The notes under the pieces are model-generated. The model was given only the letters and a program-made list of their open reading frames with translations, did not search any database and was not told where the DNA came from. Source: a virus (taxonomy: Duplodnaviria > Caudoviricetes). From it: a stretch of 37,937 nucleotides of DNA. The stretch is from the IMG/VR virus record IMGVR_UViG_3300024232_000038, positions 1 to 37,937 of that record. One strand, written 5' to 3'. Position numbers and translations under genes: made by a program. Of this stretch, positions 15,527 to 24,308 are shown piece after piece (positions within the stretch are counted from its first letter, which is position 1; every line of letters begins with the position of its first letter).

Positions 15527-16042
15527 CTACGACTTGAGTTCAGGGTGGCTGAGCCACCAAGTCACGCGCTTCGCCCCAAGCGGGACGTAGGGGCTGGGCA
15601 CACCCTTCATGCCGAACTGCTCGCGCGTCAGGTTCATGACGCCCCAAGTAGCCCGCTGGATGTACTTGCCCTTCATCTCCGGGTTCGTGGCGATGTTGCT
15701 GGTGTAGCCGTGCCAGGGCTGGAACCCCCGCCGCTTCCACAGCGTGTAGGCCGCGGCCACGTTCCATTCCGGGGTGTAGACCTTGACCAGCAGATCCGGG
15801 GTGATGTCCTCTACGCCGTAGTTCAGCTGGAACAGCCCGAAGTCCGTGCTAACATGCACGCCGTCCACGAAGTTCTCGCAGCGGGCCTTGACGTACCCCG
15901 CCGACTCGCTGAGGCACACGGCCACGGCGGTCACGAGGTCTTTGTCCCGCCACCCCGCCGAGTAGCAGAGACGGGCGATGCTCACCACGTCCAGTTTCGG
16001 GCCGATGAGGTAGCCCTTGTGGGTCTTGACCGGATCAGCCAT
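15527..16042 (-). CDS. Lysozyme-like / lytic transglycosylase protein
   Basis: AVAVCLSESAG (catalytic Glu), DFGLFQLN, N..AAY.LW..RGFQPW; start 16042 after GGGAGG. Confidence 0.8.
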   Translation of the reverse strand: MADPVKTHKGYLIGPKLDVVSIARLCYSAGWRDKDLVTAVAVCLSESAGYVKARCENFVDGVHVSTDFGLFQLNYGVEDITPDLLVKVYTPEWNVAAAYTLWKRRGFQPWHGYTSNIATNPEMKGKYIQRATWGVMNLTREQFGMKGVPSPYVPLGAKRVTWWLSHPELKS

Positions 16043-16355
16043 GTGGCCTCCCATCGCAGGGCTGTGCCCCCGCTAGTACAATGAGGTGGTCGTAGTACTT
16101 GAGGACCCGCTCCTTCTGCGCCGGAGTTAGGGGCCTCTGGTCTAGCGACTTGTCGGGGTGCATCACCTGCTGCTCGATGTCACACAGCACAGCGTGCCAC
16201 ACCTTCGCCTGATTCTTGCGGATCGTATTCGTGCCACTGAACCGCGAGTTCAACGCCAGACCGGCCCCAATGAGGGATACGGGGATGAAGAACGCGGCCC
16301 CGAGTGTGGCGGCCCACCAGAACGTTTTCTTGAAGCGTGCTTTACCGTACGGCAT
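16035..16355 (-). CDS. Membrane-anchored lysis-cassette protein
   Basis: ATG 16355 coupled to the upstream TGA; basic N-terminus, TM helix (WWAATLGAAFFIPVSLIGAGLAL), two Cys in the soluble part. Confidence 0.65.
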   Translation of the reverse strand: MPYGKARFKKTFWWAATLGAAFFIPVSLIGAGLALNSRFSGTNTIRKNQAKVWHAVLCDIEQQVMHPDKSLDQRPLTPAQKERVLKYYDHLIVLAGAQPCDGRPHG

Positions 16356-16639
16356 CAGATTTTCCCCGTGGCAGAGAGGATGGTAAACGCGAAGGTCACC
16401 GCCGATCCGGCAATGGAGGTCGCCAACACGACGAACGTGCGCCGCAGCCCGTTGATGGCCGCAGTATTCGTGGCGATGTCCTCCCGTAGCTCTCGAACCG
16501 AATCCTTGAGTGTCACGATGTCTGTCTCCACTCCACGCTCCCACTTGTCGTGGGTCTTGAGTGCAGCGTTGAGCCGATCAAGTTCTTTCTCAGCCCGGTC
16601 AGACCGCCATGTTAGGACGGCTATTGCGTCGGCTGCCAT
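16355..16639 (-). CDS. Coiled-coil protein with C-terminal TM helix (lysis cassette)
   Basis: Heptad-like region, then FVVLATSIAGSAVTFAFTIL; GAGAGGGGG SD. Confidence 0.7.
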   Translation of the reverse strand: MAADAIAVLTWRSDRAEKELDRLNAALKTHDKWERGVETDIVTLKDSVRELREDIATNTAAINGLRRTFVVLATSIAGSAVTFAFTILSATGKI

Positions 16640-16659
16640 TCAAGACCCCCTCTCCGTGG

Positions 16660-17244
16660 TTAGCTAATCGACTGCCCGTATGAGTTGATGTTGGGGTTGC
16701 CCCCGCCCTGCGACTGCTGGAACTGCGCGTAGAGCGCCTGAAGCAGCTGCGGCGGGATGTTGCCCATCTGCGGCATCTGTCCGCCCTGCCCCTGGGACTG
16801 GAGCATCTGGATGTACTGCTGGAGCATCTGTCCCGCGCCTGCGTCGGGCGAGAACTCATGCCCCTGCTGCTGAAGGTCTGCGGGCGGCGGCTGGTTGCCC
16901 GGAACCTGCGAGGTGTCCACCCCGCCCTGCCCGCCAACCTGCGGCCCGCCCATGCGGAGCCAGTACCCTGGGTCCTTGTAGCCCGCGGCGTTCGCCGGGG
17001 CGCTGACCTTCTCCGACACCATACGCCAGAGCGCCGGGTAGGTGTTCGGATGCGCGTTCAGGACCGACGCCGGAATGACGCCCGCCTTGACAGCCTGCTG
17101 TAGCCTGAGAGCAGCGTACCGCTGATCTGCCGCCAGCTGCATCGGGGGATTCCCCGGCTGCGGCGTCATCGGGTGGTAGTACTGCTGCCCGTTAGGCAGA
17201 TACGGAGACGCGCCGCCTCCGCCACCTGCGCCTGTAGCGTTCAT
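16660..17244 (-). CDS. Q/G/P-rich putative internal virion protein
   Basis: AGGAGG SD, ATGA overlap, low-complexity composition, position after the ejection-type genes. Confidence 0.6.
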   Translation of the reverse strand: MNATGAGGGGGASPYLPNGQQYYHPMTPQPGNPPMQLAADQRYAALRLQQAVKAGVIPASVLNAHPNTYPALWRMVSEKVSAPANAAGYKDPGYWLRMGGPQVGGQGGVDTSQVPGNQPPPADLQQQGHEFSPDAGAGQMLQQYIQMLQSQGQGGQMPQMGNIPPQLLQALYAQFQQSQGGGNPNINSYGQSIS

Positions 17245-18263
17245 ACGCCAACCCTCCTAATGTCCGTGATGTTGGTGAAGTGACTGAGCGGCTGGTACTG
17301 CACCACCGTGCCGGTGTGAGGGGCTGCGATGACCTTGCCGTTCCCGGCGTACATGACCATGTGCTCGCCATTGTTGGCGATGATCCAGTCGCCGGGCTGG
17401 ATCTGATCCTTGTTCACGTGGACGCCCATCTTCAGGGCGTTCGTCGTAGTGATGCGCGGGCCGTTGTAGCCCTGCTGCCGCATAGTCCAGTCGATCAGAC
17501 CCGAGCAGTCGAAGCCGCCTTCCTTGCGGGACTCACCGCCCCACACGTAGGGCTGGCCGATCTGCTTCGCCGCCAGCTGCACCGAATGGCTGCCCTCGCC
17601 GTTCTGGATCGCCTTCGGATGGGCGACCGAGCCGTGCGCGTCCACCATCGGGGGCAGCGTGCTAGCCACCTGCTGCTGCGCCATGGCGATCTTCCGCTGC
17701 TGCGCCAGCCCCAGGAGGCCCTGTGAGAACGAGGCCACGTCGCCGTCCTGCGCTAGCTTGAGCGTGCTCTGGAGGATCTGGTCGCGGGCCTGGCTCTGGA
17801 ACTGCTGCATGGGGTCGAAGGTGCTCGTGGTCACGGGCTTGGGCGTCTGCCCTGCCTTGGTCGGAGCCACGACGGGGGCCACGCCGCCTGCCTGCGCGGC
17901 CTGCGCGAACTGCTGGTACCCGCCCCACGCCTTCGCAATCTCTCCGGTCGGGTCGGCCGGACGCTCGAAGTTCGTGACGATAGCCGCCACGGCCTTCTGC
18001 CCGGTGAGGCCCTTCGCATGCTGGGCCATCTGCGACACCGCGTAGTCGATCCCCGCGGGGCTGTTAGCCCACGCCGCGCCCCTGCCCTTCGGCAGAGCGC
18101 CACCCACGTGCAGCTGGAAGGGACCAAAGCTAGTGCCCTGGTCCCCTACAGCCCCACGCTTGATGCCGCCCTCGACGTTCGCCACGGCCAGTACCGCCGC
18201 GGGGTCGAGGCCGTACTTCCGGGCCTTCTGGATGATGAGTGCTTGTGTGACTCTATCTGCCAT
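17241..18263 (-). CDS. Virion-associated peptidoglycan hydrolase: lysozyme-like N-domain + NlpC/P60 peptidase
   Basis: AVLAVANVEGG..GD.GTSFGPFQL..FERPAD; C-terminal IGQPYVWGG..GFDCSGL..QPGD..HMVMYAGNGKVI.AP. Confidence 0.88.
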   Translation of the reverse strand: MADRVTQALIIQKARKYGLDPAAVLAVANVEGGIKRGAVGDQGTSFGPFQLHVGGALPKGRGAAWANSPAGIDYAVSQMAQHAKGLTGQKAVAAIVTNFERPADPTGEIAKAWGGYQQFAQAAQAGGVAPVVAPTKAGQTPKPVTTSTFDPMQQFQSQARDQILQSTLKLAQDGDVASFSQGLLGLAQQRKIAMAQQQVASTLPPMVDAHGSVAHPKAIQNGEGSHSVQLAAKQIGQPYVWGGESRKEGGFDCSGLIDWTMRQQGYNGPRITTTNALKMGVHVNKDQIQPGDWIIANNGEHMVMYAGNGKVIAAPHTGTVVQYQPLSHFTNITDIRRVGV

Positions 18264-18272
18264 CGGCCCTCC

Positions 18273-21005
18273 TTAGATCACCTTGTAGGACCAAGGTGCA
18301 TTGATCTGCTTGCGCTTGGACGGATCGAAGGGACTCTTGCCCCGCTGCTTCGGGGGCTTCTTCTCCCCACGCTCCCGCAGCGCCAGGTTGTACGCCGCCT
18401 CCGTGCTCATCTCCTTGACGGGCACCCCGAGGAACGCGGCCAGCGCCGTCTTGAAGTCGCTCTTGTAGAGCGTCGGCTGTCCGGCCTTGTTCGTGGTCTT
18501 GGTGCCACCAGCAGCCGCCTCGTAGAGGCGGGGAAGCGGTGTCTCAAGGAACTGGTTGATCCCGATGGACGATATCAGCCCGCCCCGGCTCTTGATCTTC
18601 TTGCCGGAGAGCAGCGACTGGCCCGTGGTGAACTCGATGGCCCCTGCCGGGAGCGGCCCAAGGATCTGAGCCATGGCCTCGTTCGGCCTGCCCCGCCCGG
18701 TGACCAGCATGTTCAGCACGTCGATGGCCTGCGGGACCGACGCGTAGGGGTTGAGGCCCTGCGTCGAGATGATCCCCGCCCTGCTGTTCGGGTTGTGATG
18801 GAAGCCCAGCAACTCCAGCGGCATGGCGACCTTCAGGAAGTCGGGCAGATCGCCCAGGACCTCCTTGGTCTTTTCGATGCCCAGCTGACCCGCATAGGTC
18901 AGCGCCGCTGCGCGGCCGGGATGCTCCAGCGCCAGGTGCCCGGTGTGCCGGTTGATGGCCCGGAGCCACGTGTAGAACGGGACGAAGTTTCTGATCTGCT
19001 GCTCGAACGGCGACAGGTGGTGGTAGTCCCCCAGCACGTCGTTCGTGGATTCCATGATCCGCGTGTGGAACGCGGGGTCGTGCAGCATCAGGTCCGCTGC
19101 CTGGTTGAAGGACTTGCCCTGCTTCATCAGCAGCCGCACTTCCGGCTGGGCCTTGAGCAGCCCGTAGCTCACGCTGCGCCGGAGCGACCGCTCCGCCACC
19201 TCGTGCGTGATCGGGAGGAAGCCCTTGCCCAGCGTGCTGAGCGCACGCCGTGCGCCGGTCTGGTAGTGCAACTCCCCCTGCCCACCCTTCGCGGCCTTGC
19301 GCTTACTCCGCGCCAGCTTGGCATCGTCGAGCGTGCGGATCTGCTCGCCCGCCGTGCCCTGCTTGAAGGTCGCGCCCAGGTGGTTCTCGATCACGTCGTA
19401 GCCGGGGCCGAGGTGCTTGTGCAGGATCTTGTCCGCCGCCAGCATGTGTCGCGTGGCCACCTTCTCGCCGTGGATGTTCCGCCAGCCCTCGACCAGCGCG
19501 CGTACCGCGTGGACGTTGGACGTGAACAGATACATGGCGAGGTTGCCGACCGCGTTGTTCAGGAAGTACCGCGGAGCCGGGGCCAGCACGAGCCGCTTCC
19601 AGATGTTCGTCGGCTTCTTGACCATCATCTCCACGAACTTACCGGACTGGTGGAACTCGTCGTTGTACCGCTCGACTCCCGACGTGCGCACCATGCGCAG
19701 GTTACCCTCCGCATCGCGGTGCAGGTTGTCCACCTTCTCCATCTTCGTGGTCGTGTTCAGCGCACCGAACTTGTCCTTGGAGTAGCGGTGAAACTCCGCC
19801 GCCGTGTTCTCCTTGAACAGCGCCGCCGGTACCTGCTCGGGGTCCTTCTTGAGGAACGACCAGCCGTGCGGGGCCTGGAGGTGCGTGATTTTGCCGGTTT
19901 TCTTGTTGACCTTCTTCGCGGTGTCCGCCACGACCTGATACGGTGTAGCGCGGGCCTCAAGCTGGGGCCGCGCATGCTCGTGCAGGTACTGCGCCGCGGA
20001 GTGCGGGTCATTGATGATCGCATGCCCCGCGTCCAGCATCCGGGTGATCTGCATGGCACCCGCCGCCTTAGTGATGTGGGCCGCGTCATGGTACGACTTG
20101 TTCTTCGCCGCCAGCCGGTTGAACTCCCCCTCCGCAGAGAGGTCCCGGATGGGCGAAGTCTCGCCCCACCAGTTCGGCATCGCCCGGGCCATTCGGTGTC
20201 CAATGGCCCGCTTTGCCTGGATGTTCGCCCTGGCCCACGGGTTCGACGGCAGCTTCTTGTAGAGCGTGATGCCTGCATCAGCGCCCCGCCCGTGTAGTGC
20301 CACGCTCTGTGGGCGCCCGAACTTCTGCCAGTTGGTGAGGCCCGCCTCGACCCTGGCGGTGTTGATCCCGCCGCCCTGCTTCACGAGGTGGTCCCACTCG
20401 GGCGTGCCCTTGACCGGAATGACCGTCCCGCTGGGGGCCTTGATCTTCTCCAGCCCACGCGTGACCGCAGCTGCTTCCTCCTTGGCCATCGCCTTGGCAA
20501 ATGCGGCCGACGTGGTGACCTTGGAGATTTTGCCCACGGCTCCGGCCCCCGCGGAGAACACCGTAGCGATGTCAAGGAGCGGGGCGAGTGGGTGCTCGTA
20601 GGTCTGCTTGCCGAACTTGGCGAAGTCGTGCCCGGCCATCTGGAACTGCTTCTTGGCGAAGCCCTCCTGGCCGATGGCAGCGGCGTACGCGCCCGTCCAT
20701 GCGTGAAACCCGCCCTTGAACCAGGGCGACCAGTCGTGCCAGGCCATCTTGCCGATGTCCTCGGCCGACCGGATCGGATGCTCCGCCGTCATGACCAGCC
20801 CGGAGGGCAGTCCGAAGGCGAAGTTCTTCACGTCCGTGGCGAAGTTCTGCAACAGCCCCATGGGGGCGTGGACGATCTTGCCGAACAGACTGTGGTGATG
20901 GGACGTGGTAGCGGTAGGCTGCTTAGGCGTGTGGTACGTCCACGGCATGCTGGAGCTATGCCCGCTGCTGTCTCCGCTACCCCCATAAGTCCAGGGTGAC
21001 GCCAT
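18273..21005 (-). CDS. Large internal virion / DNA ejection protein
   Basis: 910 aa, helical and basic; IRNFVPFYTWLR-type segment recalled from podophage ejection proteins; position after the nozzle genes. Confidence 0.6.
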   Translation of the reverse strand: MASPWTYGGSGDSSGHSSSMPWTYHTPKQPTATTSHHHSLFGKIVHAPMGLLQNFATDVKNFAFGLPSGLVMTAEHPIRSAEDIGKMAWHDWSPWFKGGFHAWTGAYAAAIGQEGFAKKQFQMAGHDFAKFGKQTYEHPLAPLLDIATVFSAGAGAVGKISKVTTSAAFAKAMAKEEAAAVTRGLEKIKAPSGTVIPVKGTPEWDHLVKQGGGINTARVEAGLTNWQKFGRPQSVALHGRGADAGITLYKKLPSNPWARANIQAKRAIGHRMARAMPNWWGETSPIRDLSAEGEFNRLAAKNKSYHDAAHITKAAGAMQITRMLDAGHAIINDPHSAAQYLHEHARPQLEARATPYQVVADTAKKVNKKTGKITHLQAPHGWSFLKKDPEQVPAALFKENTAAEFHRYSKDKFGALNTTTKMEKVDNLHRDAEGNLRMVRTSGVERYNDEFHQSGKFVEMMVKKPTNIWKRLVLAPAPRYFLNNAVGNLAMYLFTSNVHAVRALVEGWRNIHGEKVATRHMLAADKILHKHLGPGYDVIENHLGATFKQGTAGEQIRTLDDAKLARSKRKAAKGGQGELHYQTGARRALSTLGKGFLPITHEVAERSLRRSVSYGLLKAQPEVRLLMKQGKSFNQAADLMLHDPAFHTRIMESTNDVLGDYHHLSPFEQQIRNFVPFYTWLRAINRHTGHLALEHPGRAAALTYAGQLGIEKTKEVLGDLPDFLKVAMPLELLGFHHNPNSRAGIISTQGLNPYASVPQAIDVLNMLVTGRGRPNEAMAQILGPLPAGAIEFTTGQSLLSGKKIKSRGGLISSIGINQFLETPLPRLYEAAAGGTKTTNKAGQPTLYKSDFKTALAAFLGVPVKEMSTEAAYNLALRERGEKKPPKQRGKSPFDPSKRKQINAPWSYKVI

Positions 21006-21022
21006 TGCTTACGCCTCCCCTC

Positions 21023-22855
21023 TTAGTAGCCCCAAGCGGCGATCTGTGCCTTGGTGAGCAGCGGCTGCCCCTTCTCGTTCTTGAAGGTGAGCAGCACCGC
21101 CCGCATCGCGTTCTTGCGCTGGTTGATCGGCAGCCCGGAGAGCGTGTTCCACGCCACCCCGACCGCCTGCTTGACCATGCCCTTGGGGATCACGCCGTTC
21201 CACGGCTGCCCCGGCTGCAAGGTCTGCACCGCCTGGCCGACCGCGTTGCCCGCGTTGAACGTGGCGGTCTGCACGGCCTGGTTGTTCTTGAAGCTGTTCT
21301 GCACCTGCTGGATCTGCGCAGCCCGCTTGGCCTGGCTGATGCCGAACGCCGTCTGCACGTTGGCGCGGGTGTTCGCATCGGCCGCGTTCTTGGCCGCAGC
21401 GACCCCCAGGACGCCCTGAAGGTTGCGGTTGGCGATGACGCTGGCCTGGTCCTGCGCGGACAGCCCCAGCTGGTTGGCCGAGAGGCCGAAGCCTGCGGCT
21501 GCCAGCCGGTTGCTGAAGTTCTGCTGCTTGGCCCCCTGGTTGTACTGGAGGATGCCCAGGATGTTCTGCAACTTCTGTGCGCTCAAGCCCTGGTTGTACT
21601 GCTTGACGCCCATGAGGTTCTGGAACCGCTCCTGCTGTAGGCCGTGGTTGTACTGCGCGATCTGGAGCAGCTTGTCATTGGTGTCCTGCGCCTTCTGCGC
21701 CTGGATTTCCAGGATCTTGTTCTGGAAGTCGTGGGCGAAGCCCTGCTGCCGAGCCGTCTCGTTGAACGCGGCGGCCTGCGCCTGGCCCGAGAGGATCGGA
21801 CCCATCTGACCGAGGTACTGCTGCTCGATGTTGCCGATCTGGCCGATCACGTCGGTCTGGTTCTGGCCCTCGTTGGCGATGGAGCTAGCGCCCGCGTTGG
21901 CGCTCCCACCGAGAGAGGCCGCAATCGCGCCCGCATCTCCGCCCATCTGCGCCTGACCCTGACTGGCGATGTTGCCGACGTCCGCCGACGCCTGACCCAC
22001 GCTGTCCTTGATCTGGTTGAACCAGTTGCGGATGTCGCCCAGGTGCTGCGCCGTGTCGTAGGGCACGACGCCCAGCTGGTTCTGGACCTCCTGGATCAGC
22101 GGGGCGTACTGCGCCGCCAGATCCGCCTTGGTCTGGTTCGGGTCGATCATGTCCTTGGTCGGGTCGGGGATGATGCTCTCGTCGATGCCCCCGGTGCCCA
22201 TGCCTGCCAGGCTGACCGGGATGCCCTGGGCGTTCGGGACGCCACCGAGCATCTTCATCAGCTGGTCGATCATGGACGGCGGCTGCCCGCCTGGAGCCTT
22301 CGGGGCACCCGGAGCCTTGGGCGTCGGTACCGCGCTGCCTGCGCCCGGAGGCGCGGTGTGCGTCGGGGATGCCGGACCCGGCTTCGGTGCCGTGGGCTTC
22401 ACGTCGATGGTGCCCGTGCTGGGCGTCGCGTGATTGCTGCGGTTCCAGATGTCTGAGTTGCGGGTGGTGTGCCAGTTGTTGACCGCGCTCTGCGTCTGCG
22501 GCCCCCACACACCGTCCACCCCGATGTTGTAGCCCTGGTTCTTGAGGAACTTCTGGATCTGCGTGACCTGTGCGGGTGTCCGGTGTCCCGGCTTGACCAC
22601 GGGGTTCGCGTTGTCCCAAAAGTTGCCGGTCGGCATCGTGGTCGCTGTCTCCAGCGGGTTGTCGCCCTTGGTCGGCGTGTACCCTGTGACCTTGCCACCT
22701 GCGTCTGCTTTGTAAGGAGGGGTGGGCTTGTTACTGTCGCTAGCCCGCATGTAGCCCTTGCGGATGTCATACGCGCGCACAACCTGCGAGTCCCTGCCGT
22801 AACGGGACACTAGCGCGTCGCGCTGCTTATCGACTCCGTACCGTGGAATGGCCAT
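21023..22855 (-). CDS. Putative ejection protein with a peptidoglycan-binding domain and Q/A/G-rich coiled coils
   Basis: VTQIQKFLKNQGYNIGVDGVWGPQTQSAV matches the PG_binding_1 pattern; Pro-rich linker; Q-rich helical remainder. Confidence 0.7.
   Translation of the reverse strand: MAIPRYGVDKQRDALVSRYGRDSQVVRAYDIRKGYMRASDSNKPTPPYKADAGGKVTGYTPTKGDNPLETATTMPTGNFWDNANPVVKPGHRTPAQVTQIQKFLKNQGYNIGVDGVWGPQTQSAVNNWHTTRNSDIWNRSNHATPSTGTIDVKPTAPKPGPASPTHTAPPGAGSAVPTPKAPGAPKAPGGQPPSMIDQLMKMLGGVPNAQGIPVSLAGMGTGGIDESIIPDPTKDMIDPNQTKADLAAQYAPLIQEVQNQLGVVPYDTAQHLGDIRNWFNQIKDSVGQASADVGNIASQGQAQMGGDAGAIAASLGGSANAGASSIANEGQNQTDVIGQIGNIEQQYLGQMGPILSGQAQAAAFNETARQQGFAHDFQNKILEIQAQKAQDTNDKLLQIAQYNHGLQQERFQNLMGVKQYNQGLSAQKLQNILGILQYNQGAKQQNFSNRLAAAGFGLSANQLGLSAQDQASVIANRNLQGVLGVAAAKNAADANTRANVQTAFGISQAKRAAQIQQVQNSFKNNQAVQTATFNAGNAVGQAVQTLQPGQPWNGVIPKGMVKQAVGVAWNTLSGLPINQRKNAMRAVLLTFKNEKGQPLLTKAQIAAWGY
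21508..21670 (-). repeat. Three tandem 54-nt (18-aa) coding repeats, QYN(H/Q)G core
   Basis: TGGTTGTACTG recurs at 54-nt spacing (about 21537, 21591, 21645). Units: LLQIAQYNHGLQQERFQN / LMGVKQYNQGLSAQKLQN / ILGILQYNQGAKQQNFSN. Confidence 0.75.
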
Positions 22856-22865
22856 CTATCCTCCT

Positions 22866-23570
22866 TTACTTGAGTAGATTGACGCCGTTGCCGATGAACG
22901 AGTGCCCGCCGCTCTGGAACAGTCCCTTGAGGAACTCCATGAACTGCGGGTTGTTCAGCATGTTGATGTTGCCCCCGCCCGCCGGTTGATTCACCTGCGT
23001 GTTGAACGACGGCTGCTGCTGCGGCTGCTCGGGAGGCAGGATCGGGGCATTGAACTGGTTGTTGGCGATGGCGTTCATGGCCTGGTCGCGCTGTGCCTGC
23101 CACTGTGCCGATGCCCACTGGTTGCCCGCATCCTGGATCTGGCCCTGGATGCTGCCCAGCTGGCCCTGTAGCGAGTTGGCGAACTGCGCCGATTCTGCGC
23201 CGTGCTGGACGTGCAGCTGCCCGCCAGCCTGGCCCTGAAGCCCGCTGCCCTGGATGCCCCGGTTGACGAAGGCGTTGCGCATGCCCGTATCCTCCTGGGC
23301 CTGTCCGCGCAGCATCATCTGGAGGCCGCCAACCTCGTTTTTCGAGTTGATGCTCAGCTTCCCGGTGTTCTTGTTGACGATGTAACCCGCCGCGTTGGCG
23401 ATGCTCGACCGCTGGGACTCCAGCCGCGCCTTGGCCTGGTCGTACGCACGCCTGGCCAGCGCCTGCTGCTCCATCCATGCGGGCTGATTAGGAACCGGCG
23501 ACCAGTACGGCTCGTAGCCCCCGGAATACGGGGCGTAGCCACCGCCGCCGGAGTACTGTAGTGCGCTCAC
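22866..23570 (-). CDS. Q/G/N-rich putative ejection/pilot protein
   Basis: GGAGG SD; NRGIQGSG segment and Q-rich helices; first gene after the tail genes. Confidence 0.6.
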   Translation of the reverse strand: MSALQYSGGGGYAPYSGGYEPYWSPVPNQPAWMEQQALARRAYDQAKARLESQRSSIANAAGYIVNKNTGKLSINSKNEVGGLQMMLRGQAQEDTGMRNAFVNRGIQGSGLQGQAGGQLHVQHGAESAQFANSLQGQLGSIQGQIQDAGNQWASAQWQAQRDQAMNAIANNQFNAPILPPEQPQQQPSFNTQVNQPAGGGNINMLNNPQFMEFLKGLFQSGGHSFIGNGVNLLK

Positions 23571-23579
23571 CGGGCCTCC

Positions 23580-24308
23580 TTAGTTGAGTGGGGCGAAGAT
23601 GCCATCGAAACGAATGCAGGTAGCCTGCGCTGCCGTGACGGGCACAACTACGCCGGTAGCCTGAATGACCACCTTGATGGCGCTGGTCCCGTTGCTGCCG
23701 TTCACCAGCACCGCGTTCGCGGGCCGTGCGCCAGTTGGAAGTGTGAATGCTGTGAGGTTGGACGTGCCGCCCACAGTGTCGGTGGCGATAGCTCCCCGCA
23801 GTAGCAACAGCCCCTCCGGGGTCGTAGCCCAGGAGCCGCTCGATGGAGTGCCCGCCGTACCACCTGCACCGTTGGTCAGCGCCCACTGAGCGTCACCGCT
23901 ATTTGCCTGTCGGAACGAGTTGGCGAAGCTGGCGAAGTTCGTCCACGTCAGCACGCCCGAGGTCAGGTTGGTCGCGCTGGCCGTGGAGCCACCCATGTTC
24001 GTCACATGGATCGGGCCGGTGCTAGCGTCCGTGGGCACAACGAAGGTGATCGACGTGTCGCTCACTACCGTGAAGGATGCCGCCGGGACACCGTTGACAT
24101 CGACCGCCGTGGCGAAGGTGAAGCCGGAGCCGGTGATGGTCACCGTATCTCCCGCCCCTGCCGTGGTCGGTGTGAAGCTGGTGATGACGGGGGGCGGCCC
24201 TTGTGAGGACGCCCCGCCGACACCCTGCCTTATCTGGTCCCGCACGAACTGAGTGAGCCACGCGACCGACTTGTTCCCGATATCGTTGGGGTCGATGGCC
24301 TGTTTCAC
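23580..24308 (-). CDS. Tail fibre/receptor-binding protein with IPT/TIG Ig-like domain
   Basis: PVITSFTPTTAGAGDTVTITGSGF..FTVVSDTSITFVVP..TGPIHVTN; C-terminal LLLRGAI..FTLPTGARP. Confidence 0.75.
   Translation of the reverse strand: MKQAIDPNDIGNKSVAWLTQFVRDQIRQGVGGASSQGPPPVITSFTPTTAGAGDTVTITGSGFTFATAVDVNGVPAASFTVVSDTSITFVVPTDASTGPIHVTNMGGSTASATNLTSGVLTWTNFASFANSFRQANSGDAQWALTNGAGGTAGTPSSGSWATTPEGLLLLRGAIATDTVGGTSNLTAFTLPTGARPANAVLVNGSNGTSAIKVVIQATGVVVPVTAAQATCIRFDGIFAPLN

Noticed and set aside
18018-20297. 759-aa + strand ORF and other long antisense ORFs (e.g. 31808..33106, 13572..14438, 59..898)
   Set aside because: They mirror well-supported genes on the opposite strand, show no motifs, and are expected shadows of high-GC3 codon usage.
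18273-22855. Tape-measure protein of a long-tailed phage
   Set aside because: No tail-tube, tail-chaperone or baseplate genes recognised; adaptor-nozzle-ejection order fits a podovirus.
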